Assembly: GCA_963666275.2 (NCBI GenBank)
Contig: CAXXOA010000001.1
Coordinates: 1,152,001 to 1,216,000, forward strand
Reading direction: 5' to 3'
Source: Oceanispirochaeta sp.
GTDB taxonomy: Bacteria > Spirochaetota > Spirochaetia > DSM-2461
Length of the DNA stretch: 64,000 nt
Shown: positions 1 to 9,300 of the stretch, one piece after another
How positions within the stretch are numbered: the stretch's first letter is position 1
Layout of the letters: every line of letters begins with the position of its first letter
Translations under genes and position numbers: made by a program
Notes under the pieces: model-generated
Database searches by the model: none
Told to the model about the DNA's origin: nothing
What the model saw: the letters and a program-made list of their open reading frames with translations, nothing else

Positions 1-24
1 TGTAAGGGGTCTTAAATATTTCAT
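1..24 (-). CDS. 5' end of a gene running off the left window edge (MKYLRPLT...)
   Basis: Minus-strand ATG at 24 preceded by a GGGAGAG SD-like sequence; frame open to the edge; co-oriented with the pel-like genes. Confidence 0.5.
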
Positions 25-132
25 GGAAGCTCTCCCTGCACCCCCCGGATATTCCTTCTCACAGGGGAAAGGGCCATAGGGGGTACAGGTTTCCAGTATA
101 CAGCAGAGCAGATACGGGGAAAAGCGGAAACT

Positions 133-1176
133 CTAGAGATCGTATTCCGAATAGAGCTCAATACTGAAAGAGTCTCCGAAGGTGGGAACAATTTCCGAGT
201 TGACTTTGGTAGTCTTTTTGTTGTTGGTTGTAATTTCATCCCGGATGACTGTTTCCGAAAGGGTCTCCGCATCATCGCCCTGGGTGTAGCTGGTTCCGAA
301 GATCTGATCGAACAGCAGAGAGAGATAGTTACCCGCTGTCTGGTCAAAGGTGGTTTCGGTGGAGACGATCCTTTCCAGGCTGTAGGAAGTTCTATAATAC
401 TTTCCACTGCCTTCATCCGATTCGGTGTAGTAGCGTACACCGAAAACTTCCTTGCTGTCCCTGTACCAGTAGTCCACCCATTCCTCAATTTTCTGATAGT
501 AGTAGACCTTGCTGCTCCAGTTCATGGCACTATTCAGGGTGGGGCTCCAGGAATCAGAGGGCATACTCATACTGCCGTTGATATCAAAATGGGCATACTT
601 TTCATCATTGGCATCAGTAACAATCCATTCATACCGGACACTGCCGTCCTGATAATGGAGTTCCATGGTTTCCCGGGCTGTTGTTTTCACTACCCAGGCA
701 GAACCGTTCCACTCAACCACTTCATCTGCTGTGGTCCAGTTGCCATCGGCATCGCTGTCTTTCAGATAATACTCTTCCAGGTAGTAGTCAAAAATATCCT
801 CTTTTCTGGGATATTCTGTTCTGGCGGAGATTTTATAGACAGGATCACTGTTGTTGGTAGTCGCTGAAACTGTGTAAAAAGTTTTCATTCCCTGTTCGGG
901 ATAGTTGGTAACGAATGAACCATCCTGACCCAGACTGATCAGAGTGGAGAATACTTTTGTTTCGGTAAAATTCAGAGGATTAATGCTGGCCCTTTCAGAA
1001 CCGGCATCAGTCAGGGGTGTGTCGTCGCCGGCCATCCAGTAGTAGCCCGACAGGATATAGTCTTCGCCGTCGTCGCTGCTGCTTTTGCCGTTGTCGAAGA
1101 CATTACATCCTGTCAGTAGAATAGAAATAGTTATAGTAATTATTATCAATGAAAATCGTAGTTGTTTGTCTGTCAT
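133..1176 (-). CDS. Lipoprotein of unknown function, Trp/Tyr/Asp-rich
   Basis: Hydrophobic signal ending in lipobox LLTG-C; GGAGG SD upstream; 347-aa ORF. Confidence 0.75.
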   Translation of the reverse strand: MTDKQLRFSLIIITITISILLTGCNVFDNGKSSSDDGEDYILSGYYWMAGDDTPLTDAGSERASINPLNFTETKVFSTLISLGQDGSFVTNYPEQGMKTFYTVSATTNNSDPVYKISARTEYPRKEDIFDYYLEEYYLKDSDADGNWTTADEVVEWNGSAWVVKTTARETMELHYQDGSVRYEWIVTDANDEKYAHFDINGSMSMPSDSWSPTLNSAMNWSSKVYYYQKIEEWVDYWYRDSKEVFGVRYYTESDEGSGKYYRTSYSLERIVSTETTFDQTAGNYLSLLFDQIFGTSYTQGDDAETLSETVIRDEITTNNKKTTKVNSEIVPTFGDSFSIELYSEYDL

Positions 1177-1319
1177 CTCGTACCTCCCGTAAGGGTCGCG
1201 GCCTCTTTCTGCCGCGGTTTTAATATTTTTTTAACTTCTTTAAATTCAGGCAGTTAAGTATATACGTGTAAGTAGTTTTATAATACTGCATTGAGAGGCA
1301 AAAAACAAATTTTCCCCTC

Positions 1320-2732
1320 TTATTTGATGATTCCCGCTTTGCTTTTCAGAATGGGGATCTCCCGGAGCTGTTTTTCCACCACCGAAGCGTAGATGATCCT
1401 GTCCAGAGAGTGGAGATCCCGGAAGAGGGATATCACAAGGATCCCCGTCCCCAGTAGACAGCCGCTGAGGGCTGACACTCCCGGGGTGGCAAAGAATGCC
1501 AGCCGCGAACTGGCCAGGGCCCCCGCCGTATTGATGGCAAAAAAGACAAGGGAGCCCAGAAGGGCCGTTCTGTATCTCTGAATATAGAGAAGGAAGTTCA
1601 TGGACGCCAGGAAGAGGTCCAGGATGAATATTCCCGCCGCAGTGACGCAGACCATCAGGAAGCTCTCTCTCATGGAAGGGGAGAGCCGGGAGAGACGGAG
1701 AAAGAGCAGGAGCACCACCCCCTGCAGGGCGGACTGTTCGCTCAGGATAAACCGGGTTGTCTGAATGAGTCTGTACATATTCCATTTGATGGTTTTGTAG
1801 GGTTTCCGGCTCAGGCTGTCCAGAAATTTTCTCAGAACAATATAGAACTCCGTTTCCGAGAAAATCACAAAAAAGACAAGTCCGGGAATCATCATCAGGT
1901 TTGTGAGGTACACAACGATGTCATAGGGTTCATAGAGTTTCATCAGGGTCCCCTCAATAAAATCCCCCCGGAGGTACCAGAATATCATCTTGTCGACCCA
2001 TAAGGCGCCGTAATAGAAAAAGCCCAGCAGAAAAAGGGATCTGTTCTGTCGTATGTAGGATCGGAACAGTCCCGTCAGGCTCACCTTTCTGTAACCCATC
2101 TCTCTGTATAGGAAGGTCAGGAGCAGTAGAAAAATAAGAAGCTGTCCCGCCGTATAGGCCATAAGAAGGAAAGACGTCCCCAGGGCAATGGCTGCTCCTC
2201 TGAGAAACACCAGGGAGGCGGCCATTCCCAGGACATAGATTCCCAGAAGCAGATTGAACTGTTTCATTGCCGATGCGGTGAGCATGAGGATCCATATATG
2301 GTTCACTATGATAAAGAGCAGTACAAATGCAGCCCTGTGCAGGGGCGGAACAGACTGCATAAAGACCCCCTGCAGGATCACAGCGGGAATAAGCAGGATC
2401 AGGGAGGACACCCCCAGGTACCGGAGAGTCAGCCCCATGGCTTTGTCCATGGCATTCCCGTAAAGAAAATCCGAAAGGATTCTTGTGAAAATGTAGTGAA
2501 AGCCCCCTGTCAGGATCAGGGAAAAGGAGTAGATATAAATGGTGGAGGAGATAAAAAGCCGGCGGAACTCCAGGGGGATCCCCATAAAGGGCTGCTGAAA
2601 GAGAAGGATCGTCAGGATCGATATAATCCAGGGCCCCGCCACGATCATAATTCCCGACACAGAAGCCTGGAAGACTCCTCCCGCGCTTCCCCGGGAGGCA
2701 ATTTTTCTCAGTTCAAAACCAATCCCCGCCAT
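1320..2732 (-). CDS. pelG: Pel exopolysaccharide transporter PelG (MOP/MATE-like)
   Basis: Hallmark N-terminus MAGIGFELRK and AGPW motif, about 12 TM segments, WVDK and ETEFY motifs; directly follows pelF. Confidence 0.9.
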   Translation of the reverse strand: MAGIGFELRKIASRGSAGGVFQASVSGIMIVAGPWIISILTILLFQQPFMGIPLEFRRLFISSTIYIYSFSLILTGGFHYIFTRILSDFLYGNAMDKAMGLTLRYLGVSSLILLIPAVILQGVFMQSVPPLHRAAFVLLFIIVNHIWILMLTASAMKQFNLLLGIYVLGMAASLVFLRGAAIALGTSFLLMAYTAGQLLIFLLLLTFLYREMGYRKVSLTGLFRSYIRQNRSLFLLGFFYYGALWVDKMIFWYLRGDFIEGTLMKLYEPYDIVVYLTNLMMIPGLVFFVIFSETEFYIVLRKFLDSLSRKPYKTIKWNMYRLIQTTRFILSEQSALQGVVLLLFLRLSRLSPSMRESFLMVCVTAAGIFILDLFLASMNFLLYIQRYRTALLGSLVFFAINTAGALASSRLAFFATPGVSALSGCLLGTGILVISLFRDLHSLDRIIYASVVEKQLREIPILKSKAGIIK

Positions 2733-4139
2733 CTATACTTCTCCGGTCCGGCGCATATTTTCATAGATCCCGCGGAATCTGCGGTGCAGGTCCTTTTTAT
2801 CGTAGAAATTCAGAACTTTCTGCTTGTTCTTCTCTCCCAGTTTTTCCATCTCTTCGGGATTGTTGTATACAGTCAGAATTCCCTCGGCAATTTTACTGCT
2901 GTTTTTGGAGGGAGAAAGGAAGCGTTCGTCGTAATTGAGCAGTTCCGGGACATTTCCGACTGCCGTGGAGACCGATGGAATACCCGAACAGTAGGCTTCC
3001 AGAATCACAAGCGGCTGGGCCTCCCTGACGCTTGTCAGTACAAGAACATCGATGAATTTGTAGTATTCCCTCACATCCTGCCGTCCTGTGAACTCAAAAA
3101 CATCCTGCATTTTCAGATTCTCCACAAGCATAAGGCAGTCCTCGTAGTAGTCGGGATCCTCATCCGTGGGGCCGATGCAGTAAAAACGGGCTTCCGGAAC
3201 CCTGTCGGCAACAATTTTACAGGCCGCAATAAAGGTTTTGATATCCTTGATGGGAACCACCCTTCCCACAAGGCCCACATGGAAACCCTTCCGGGGCTCC
3301 CGCGGGAGGGTGAATCTTTCCACATCAATGCCGTTGGGGATCACTTCTGTCCGTTCCCGGGGGGCCCCCAGTTCCAGCTGTTTCTGACGGTTCTCCTCGA
3401 ACAGGGCGGTAATGTAGTCCGCTCTGGTGTAGCAGATCTGGCTCAGCCGGTTGTACATCTGAGTCCACATATCCCGCTGATACCCCCTGACAAGGTTTGT
3501 CTTCCGGATTTCCATCTCCCTCTCTTTATGATAGAGGCCGTGCTCCGTCAGAAGGAAGGGCCTGTTTCTTCTGTAATGGGCTGCCAGGGAGGCGATTCCG
3601 GCAAATCCTGTGGAAACAGCATGATAGATGTCCGCTTCGGGAGGAGACGCTCCCAGAACACTGAAGAGCATATCATGGGAGGACTTCCAGGCCCAGTAGT
3701 AGTCCGCAAAAGGGTAGAGGGGATTGTTCCGGCTGTTCCCCTGTTTGATCAGTTTCCATCCCAGGGGGGATTCCACCGCTTCCCTGAAGAGGTAGGTCCC
3801 CTCAGGCATAAGGCGGAAGATCTCTCCGATATCCGGAAGCTTCCCCGTCCGCATCTGCTGGTGAAAGCGGAAGAGAACTTTCATCAGTTTTCTCATCCCC
3901 CGGGGATTCTTCCTGGCTTCCCCGGGAAACTCTCCCAGTACCACATCCACGGTCTCCACCACATTGGGAGGGAGTTCATACCTCAGGGGCTGATCTTTTA
4001 CAGGAGAAATCGTAAAAAGTTTGAAATCCACTTCGGGAAGGTTCTGTATCAGGTCATGAACCCAGGCGGAGACGCCTCCGGTGATATAGGGGTAGGATCC
4101 CTCCAGAACAATGCAGACTGTGAGCCTGGGATTATGCAT
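2733..4139 (-). CDS. pelF: GT4 glycosyltransferase PelF (DUF3492 + Glycos_transf_1)
   Basis: EGSYPYITGGVSAW, HAVSTGFAG, LTEHGLY, GRVVPIKD and EAQPLVILEA motifs; start trimmed to ATG 4139. Confidence 0.93.
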   Translation of the reverse strand: MHNPRLTVCIVLEGSYPYITGGVSAWVHDLIQNLPEVDFKLFTISPVKDQPLRYELPPNVVETVDVVLGEFPGEARKNPRGMRKLMKVLFRFHQQMRTGKLPDIGEIFRLMPEGTYLFREAVESPLGWKLIKQGNSRNNPLYPFADYYWAWKSSHDMLFSVLGASPPEADIYHAVSTGFAGIASLAAHYRRNRPFLLTEHGLYHKEREMEIRKTNLVRGYQRDMWTQMYNRLSQICYTRADYITALFEENRQKQLELGAPRERTEVIPNGIDVERFTLPREPRKGFHVGLVGRVVPIKDIKTFIAACKIVADRVPEARFYCIGPTDEDPDYYEDCLMLVENLKMQDVFEFTGRQDVREYYKFIDVLVLTSVREAQPLVILEAYCSGIPSVSTAVGNVPELLNYDERFLSPSKNSSKIAEGILTVYNNPEEMEKLGEKNKQKVLNFYDKKDLHRRFRGIYENMRRTGEV

Positions 4140-4869
4140 TTTCACCTTTCCAGAAGGAGAGGATCTCCCTCTCCTGTTCACTGAGGTGGCTTTCCTTTTT
4201 GAAAGCTGAAAGGATCCTGTTTATTCCCGGAATATCCCGCCTCTCATAGGCCAGTTCCAGCTCTATCAGCCGGCTCTTCCTTTCCGGCGGCAGAAGCTGC
4301 TTTGCCTGATCATAGAGCTGCAGGGTAATCAGGATGCGGATCAGAAGAAAGCGCTCCTTTTCTTCCGCAAGGTTTCTGTTTTCCAGGTCTCCCAGCAGCA
4401 GATAGGCTTCTTTCAGATAGAAGTTCCTGAGGATCTTCTCCTCCCTGTTCATCAGGGCCAGGTGGTAGTAGACTTCCGCTGCCGATGAGGTCATTCCGGG
4501 AGTGGGGTTTTCCCTGATCTGCCGCTTCAGATCCGAGAGTTTTGTGTTGTACTCTTTTTCGATGGCATTCAGACTCTCCGCCGCAAAGAGGGCCACTTCC
4601 TTGTCCTTGTACTGGGATATTTCGCTCAGGACCTTTTTGAGCAGAAGATTGGTTTCCAGATCCCTCTCCTTCCGGGACAGGAGCCACTCTATTTCATCCA
4701 GATTGTAGGGTTTCTTGATGATGGGATTCAGCCCTGTGGATTTGTAGATAAGAGCCTCTATGGGAAGAAGCCCCTCCTCACAGGCCTGAAGGGCCGCCGA
4801 GGGAGTCCTGGGAGTGAAATAGTTTTTCCGTTTCTGAATATAGGCGTAGGGAGAGTTCCGGGAAATCAT
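4132..4869 (-). CDS. PelE-like HEAT/TPR helical protein, apparently without TM anchor
   Basis: Sits between pelD and pelF with overlapping stop/start codons; KDKEVALFAAESLNAIEKEY resembles the PelE helical motif; TPR-like C-half. Confidence 0.6.
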   Translation of the reverse strand: MISRNSPYAYIQKRKNYFTPRTPSAALQACEEGLLPIEALIYKSTGLNPIIKKPYNLDEIEWLLSRKERDLETNLLLKKVLSEISQYKDKEVALFAAESLNAIEKEYNTKLSDLKRQIRENPTPGMTSSAAEVYYHLALMNREEKILRNFYLKEAYLLLGDLENRNLAEEKERFLLIRILITLQLYDQAKQLLPPERKSRLIELELAYERRDIPGINRILSAFKKESHLSEQEREILSFWKGENA

Positions 4870-6257
4870 ATCTTCTGAATCTCCAGAAGGTATTCGGCCC
4901 GTTTCATCATATCGTCGGGATCCATTTTTTCACTGATTCCGCAGGAGGCATAACCCAGATTGATTTCCAGGGGGATCTGTTCTCCCCTGACTGTCCAGAT
5001 GCTGTTGTTTATAAGCTCCAGACTCTCCAGGCAGAAGAGGGAACAGCCGTCGAAGTCCAGAGAGGGGATAAAAAGGGCCATCATCGAATCTTCCCTGTAA
5101 TGGAAGAGTTCGGGCAGGGCGGAACTCTTCTCCGGCAGTTTCCGTATAACCTGAAGCTGGAGCTTCCGGATCTCCTCCAGGCCGTATTTTTCTATAAGAT
5201 CCCGGAAGTCCATGAACTCCAGAAGGATCAGACTGGAGGAGTTGGCTGTTGCGTTTTCCTCGTAGGTATATTTTTCCATGATTCTGTAAAGCTGGGTAAA
5301 CTGGGGGAGCCCCGTTACAGGATTCTCCTCTTCCTCCACAAGAAGGGACTCAAAGTCCAGGGCTCTTTTCAGCGCCGGCTGGGAGAGGCTTATGATGATC
5401 TGCACCAGATTTTCGGTGTAGCTGCTGTACTTGATAAAGGGAAGCTTTTCGATATTCAGTACACCCCAGGTTCTGTTGTCCAGCACAACGGGGCAGCAGA
5501 TAATGCTCTCTTCCAGATTCAGGCTGTTCAGGTTCTCATAGTCCATGGCCATGCGCAGGGAAAACAGCTGGTTGTTCCGGAAAACCCAACCCTCGATGGA
5601 ACTCTTCAGTTCCACCTCTTCCCGTTCTGATTCCATTTTTTCCGTTCCCTTCCTCATTTTGAGTTTCAGGGTATTGGTTTCACTGTGAAATACCCATAAA
5701 GAGAGGCTTGAGGCTTCGGTAAAATGGATGATCGTGTCCAGCATGATCGATATGCTTTTGCTTGTGTCCAGGCAGTCTATTTCCTGGATCCTCTGATACA
5801 GAAGATTCAGTGAGGTCCTCTGCCTTGTCACCCGTTCCTCCAGTTCCCGTATGATATCCTGCTGGGCATTGGAAATCTCCCGGAGTTTGCTCTGGGAGTC
5901 CGAAAGCCTTCTGAACCGGGTGAGGATTTTGTCGATCTGATAGAGCCTGAACTGATTCAGAGAGCCTCCCAGGTAGGAGAGGGTAATCCCCAGAGTTGCA
6001 TTTATCAGAATTTCCTCTATATTCAAAGTAGGATCGCCCAGAAGAAACTGTCCTGTCTGAAACAGAAGCTGAATCAGGAAATAACTGAGCAGTCCCGCTG
6101 TTCTGCCGTGCCAGAAAGACAGGAACAGCGCGGTCACAAGGATGGCAGTCTGCCTGGACGGAAAGATAATCTCCGACTGGGGAAACAGGAGGCCTGCTCC
6201 GATGATAAAAGAAATTAGTATTGTTTCAGGAATTATCCTGCGCTTTTTCAGGTGCAT
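4866..6257 (-). CDS. pelD: PelD-like protein: TM region, coiled coil, GAF, degenerate GGDEF
   Basis: N-terminal TM helices, coiled coil, GAF (CCPVVLDNRTWGVLNIEKLPF), GGDEF-fold C-terminus (NPVTGLP...INLGYA); start trimmed to ATG 6257 to avoid overlap with the divergent gene. Confidence 0.75.
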   Translation of the reverse strand: MHLKKRRIIPETILISFIIGAGLLFPQSEIIFPSRQTAILVTALFLSFWHGRTAGLLSYFLIQLLFQTGQFLLGDPTLNIEEILINATLGITLSYLGGSLNQFRLYQIDKILTRFRRLSDSQSKLREISNAQQDIIRELEERVTRQRTSLNLLYQRIQEIDCLDTSKSISIMLDTIIHFTEASSLSLWVFHSETNTLKLKMRKGTEKMESEREEVELKSSIEGWVFRNNQLFSLRMAMDYENLNSLNLEESIICCPVVLDNRTWGVLNIEKLPFIKYSSYTENLVQIIISLSQPALKRALDFESLLVEEEENPVTGLPQFTQLYRIMEKYTYEENATANSSSLILLEFMDFRDLIEKYGLEEIRKLQLQVIRKLPEKSSALPELFHYREDSMMALFIPSLDFDGCSLFCLESLELINNSIWTVRGEQIPLEINLGYASCGISEKMDPDDMMKRAEYLLEIQKI

Positions 6258-6318
6258 TATAGAATAAAAGTATAAATTATATAGAGTATTATTGTATATT
6301 AGCATGGAGACGAAAATA
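6258..6318. promoter_or_regulatory. Short AT-rich divergent promoter region
   Basis: 61-bp very AT-rich gap between head-to-head pelD-like and TPR/barrel genes. Confidence 0.5.
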
Positions 6319-9300
6319 ATGGTTAAAAATATATACATTCGATCCGGTATGGTCTGGGGGATGCTTTTTCTCCTGTTCACTCCGGGGACGCTGTTTTCCC
6401 AGGAGTCTGCCGGGACGGGGACGGAGGAACAGGACGGGGCGCAGATGATCCCGAAAGCTTCGGCCGTTAAACTGACACCTGTTTTTCCCGATGCGGAGGA
6501 AGGGCTCATCTATATAGAGGGAGAAGATGCTGTTTCCACCAATTTCGCCACCTCACCGGTTTACAATTACGGCGCCTCCTCCTACCGTTCCCTTCAGCTG
6601 ATTCAGCAGAACTCTCCCTACGGGGGGCAGGCCTACTATGCGGAATATGCCTTTTATGTGAAAGAACCGGGTGAGTATGCCTTCTGGTACGGAGGAACCC
6701 CTACCGGACCGAAAGAGGATATCTTTCCCTCCTATGCCAGTCCTTTCCGGTATCTTCTGGATAATCAGGAGCCTGTTGAGGTCTACAGGGAGAATCAGTC
6801 TGTGGTTCAGGCCTATACGCCTTCCTATTACTGGAATGAGATCGGCACCCTCACCCTGGAGGAAGGTGTTCATACCCTGCGTTTTGAAGTCTCGGAAAAG
6901 AGGCGTTTCGACGGGCAGTTCTACTTTTTTCTGGATGCTTTCTTTTTTCTGAAAACCGAAAGGATGGAGGAGGAGCTGACCCTGGTTCCTCCGGTTTTTC
7001 CCTCGGCCAGGACGGACAGATCCATTGACAACCCCTTTCAGTCCATCGCCTTTTACGAAAATATCATCCAGGAGAACCCGGGCAATAAAAATGCCTACAT
7101 TGTTCTGTCCATGGTGTACTCCCTTCTGGGGGACTACCTGAATGCTATCAGAAATCTCAACAGCGCCATCAATCTGGATGGCGAGGATCCCTATCCGCTC
7201 CTTTTGATGGCTAAAAACAGGATATGGAACGGAGAGGTTACCACGGGGCTGAATCTGTACAGGCAGCTGGTTACCCTGGCTCCGGATAATCCCGCCTACT
7301 GGGCCGAAGCGGGCAAGGTAGCCGCCTGGACGGGAAAATACAGAGATTCGATTGATTTTTTTACCCGGGGGCTGGAAATCTTTCCGGATGATCTGAATCT
7401 GATGGTCAACCTGGGGCTGACCTATCTGTGGATGTCCCGGGGGGAAGAGGCGGAAAATCTCTTTCAGGAGGCTATGGACAGCGTTGAGGGAGATCACGAC
7501 CGGGTGATGGACCTGGGACAGATCCATGAACTGAGCGGTTATCCTCAGAATGCGGTGGAGATCTACGCCCGGGAGATAGCCCGGGCGCCGGAGTTTCTGG
7601 AAACCTATCTGGCCCTTGAAAAGTCCTATCGGAGCGCCGGAGACAGGGATAAGGCGGCCAGGGTCATTGAGCTGATCTACGATTCTTTCGAAGAGAGTCC
7701 GGCATTTGTCTCCTATATGAATGTGTACGAACAGCAGGTGCAGCTGAAGCAGAGCATCCTGGACAATTACAGGGAAGAGCTGGAGACAAATCCCGATAAT
7801 ATCTCACTCAGACAGGAACTGGCCCAGACCTACTTCTGGAACGGCCTGAAAGAGGAGGCCGTGGATGAATCCCTGAGGATCCTTGTGAACAAAATGTTTC
7901 TTCTATTCCGGGATTTTGACACCCAGGCCCGGGAGCTGCTTGAAACGAGGGATACCCTTGCCTACAGAAGCCGGGAATTTGCCGAACTGGATGAGACCTA
8001 TGAAAAAGAGATGGATCAGCTGGAATCCCTCTTTGACAGCTATATAAAGACCGGAGAGTCCCTGAAGAAGAAACCCGATGATCCGGAACTGGCTGTCCAA
8101 TTGGAAAACCTTTCCCTTACCCTTTCAGAGGCCTTTCTCCGGGCGGAGTCCCGCAACCGGGAACTGGAGGCCTTCAAAGAGAGGCTGGAAGATCTGCAGA
8201 TCCGATGGAATGCCCTTTCAACAGAGCAGACCCGGGAAGAGGAGCTGTTCCGTCAGCTTCTGGGAGATCTCGAATGGTCCTGGGACAGGGATTTCACCAA
8301 AGCCGAGCTTCAGCAGGTCCAGAGGAATGAACCTTTTCTCTCAGGGTACATACAGGGACGGCTGGCCATGATAGAGGGGCGGAACACAACGGCAGTCCGC
8401 TTTCTGGATCAGCAGGTCTTTTCCGACTCACCTTTTGCCAGGTACGGCCTCTACCAGAGCCTCCTCTGGATGGGGGACGAAGAGGGGCGGAAGGCCATGT
8501 GGGAGAACGAAGCGGATGTGCTGACCCTGTACAGGCAGAATCTCTTTGATCTGGAAGCCTCCGGGATCAGCACAGATGACAGCGGCGCATTCTATATTCC
8601 CCGGGAGGAGGATATTCTTCTCCTCTCGGAAACCGCAGCCCGTGAGGCGGCGGAATTTGATCAGTACCGGTCTGTACTGCAGCAGCTGGAGCAGGAGGTC
8701 CTGATGAGTCTGGATGCGAAACTGAACCGTCAGATCTACAATCTGGAACAGGATACCTACAGACTCCGCTATGAGCTGGGTGATTACTATCTTGATATGG
8801 GTGAGAACCTGAAGGCTTCCCTCCAGTATGACCGCGTGCTGGCTATGGATCCCTGGAACATCAGTGCCAACTACAAACTGGGCGTGGTCAGTCAGAGATA
8901 CGGGAACTGGTACAGAGCCATGCAGCAGTACAGGAAAGTCTACTATCATAATCCCCTCTATGAGAATGCCGCCAGTTACTACAATCAGCTTGCCAGGGCT
9001 CATGCGGATACGGTTCATATCACCGCGCAGAATATCACGGATCCCTCCCGGATCTCCCATCAGGGGAAGGCGGACTATACCAGAAATATTACAGACAGGC
9101 TGGGATGGGGATTCTCCTATCAGATGGATGTGGACAGTCTCTACAGAACTTACGGCACGGAAGATCCGTCCTCTTTCAAACTCCAGACCCTGGATCTGAA
9201 AGTCCCTCTGACTTTTCCTCTGTGGGATCTGCAGGTGACCCCTTTCGGCGGGTTTCATCTTTTCAACAGATTTTTCGGTTCCAGCTATGATTTCAATCCC

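Noticed and set aside
2298..4184. 628-aa plus-strand ORF
   Set aside because: Antisense shadow of pelF/pelG; no motifs, atypical composition
6258..6509. N-terminal extension of the PelD ORF
   Set aside because: Overlaps the divergent gene and AT-rich promoter; PelD-like sequence starts at 6257
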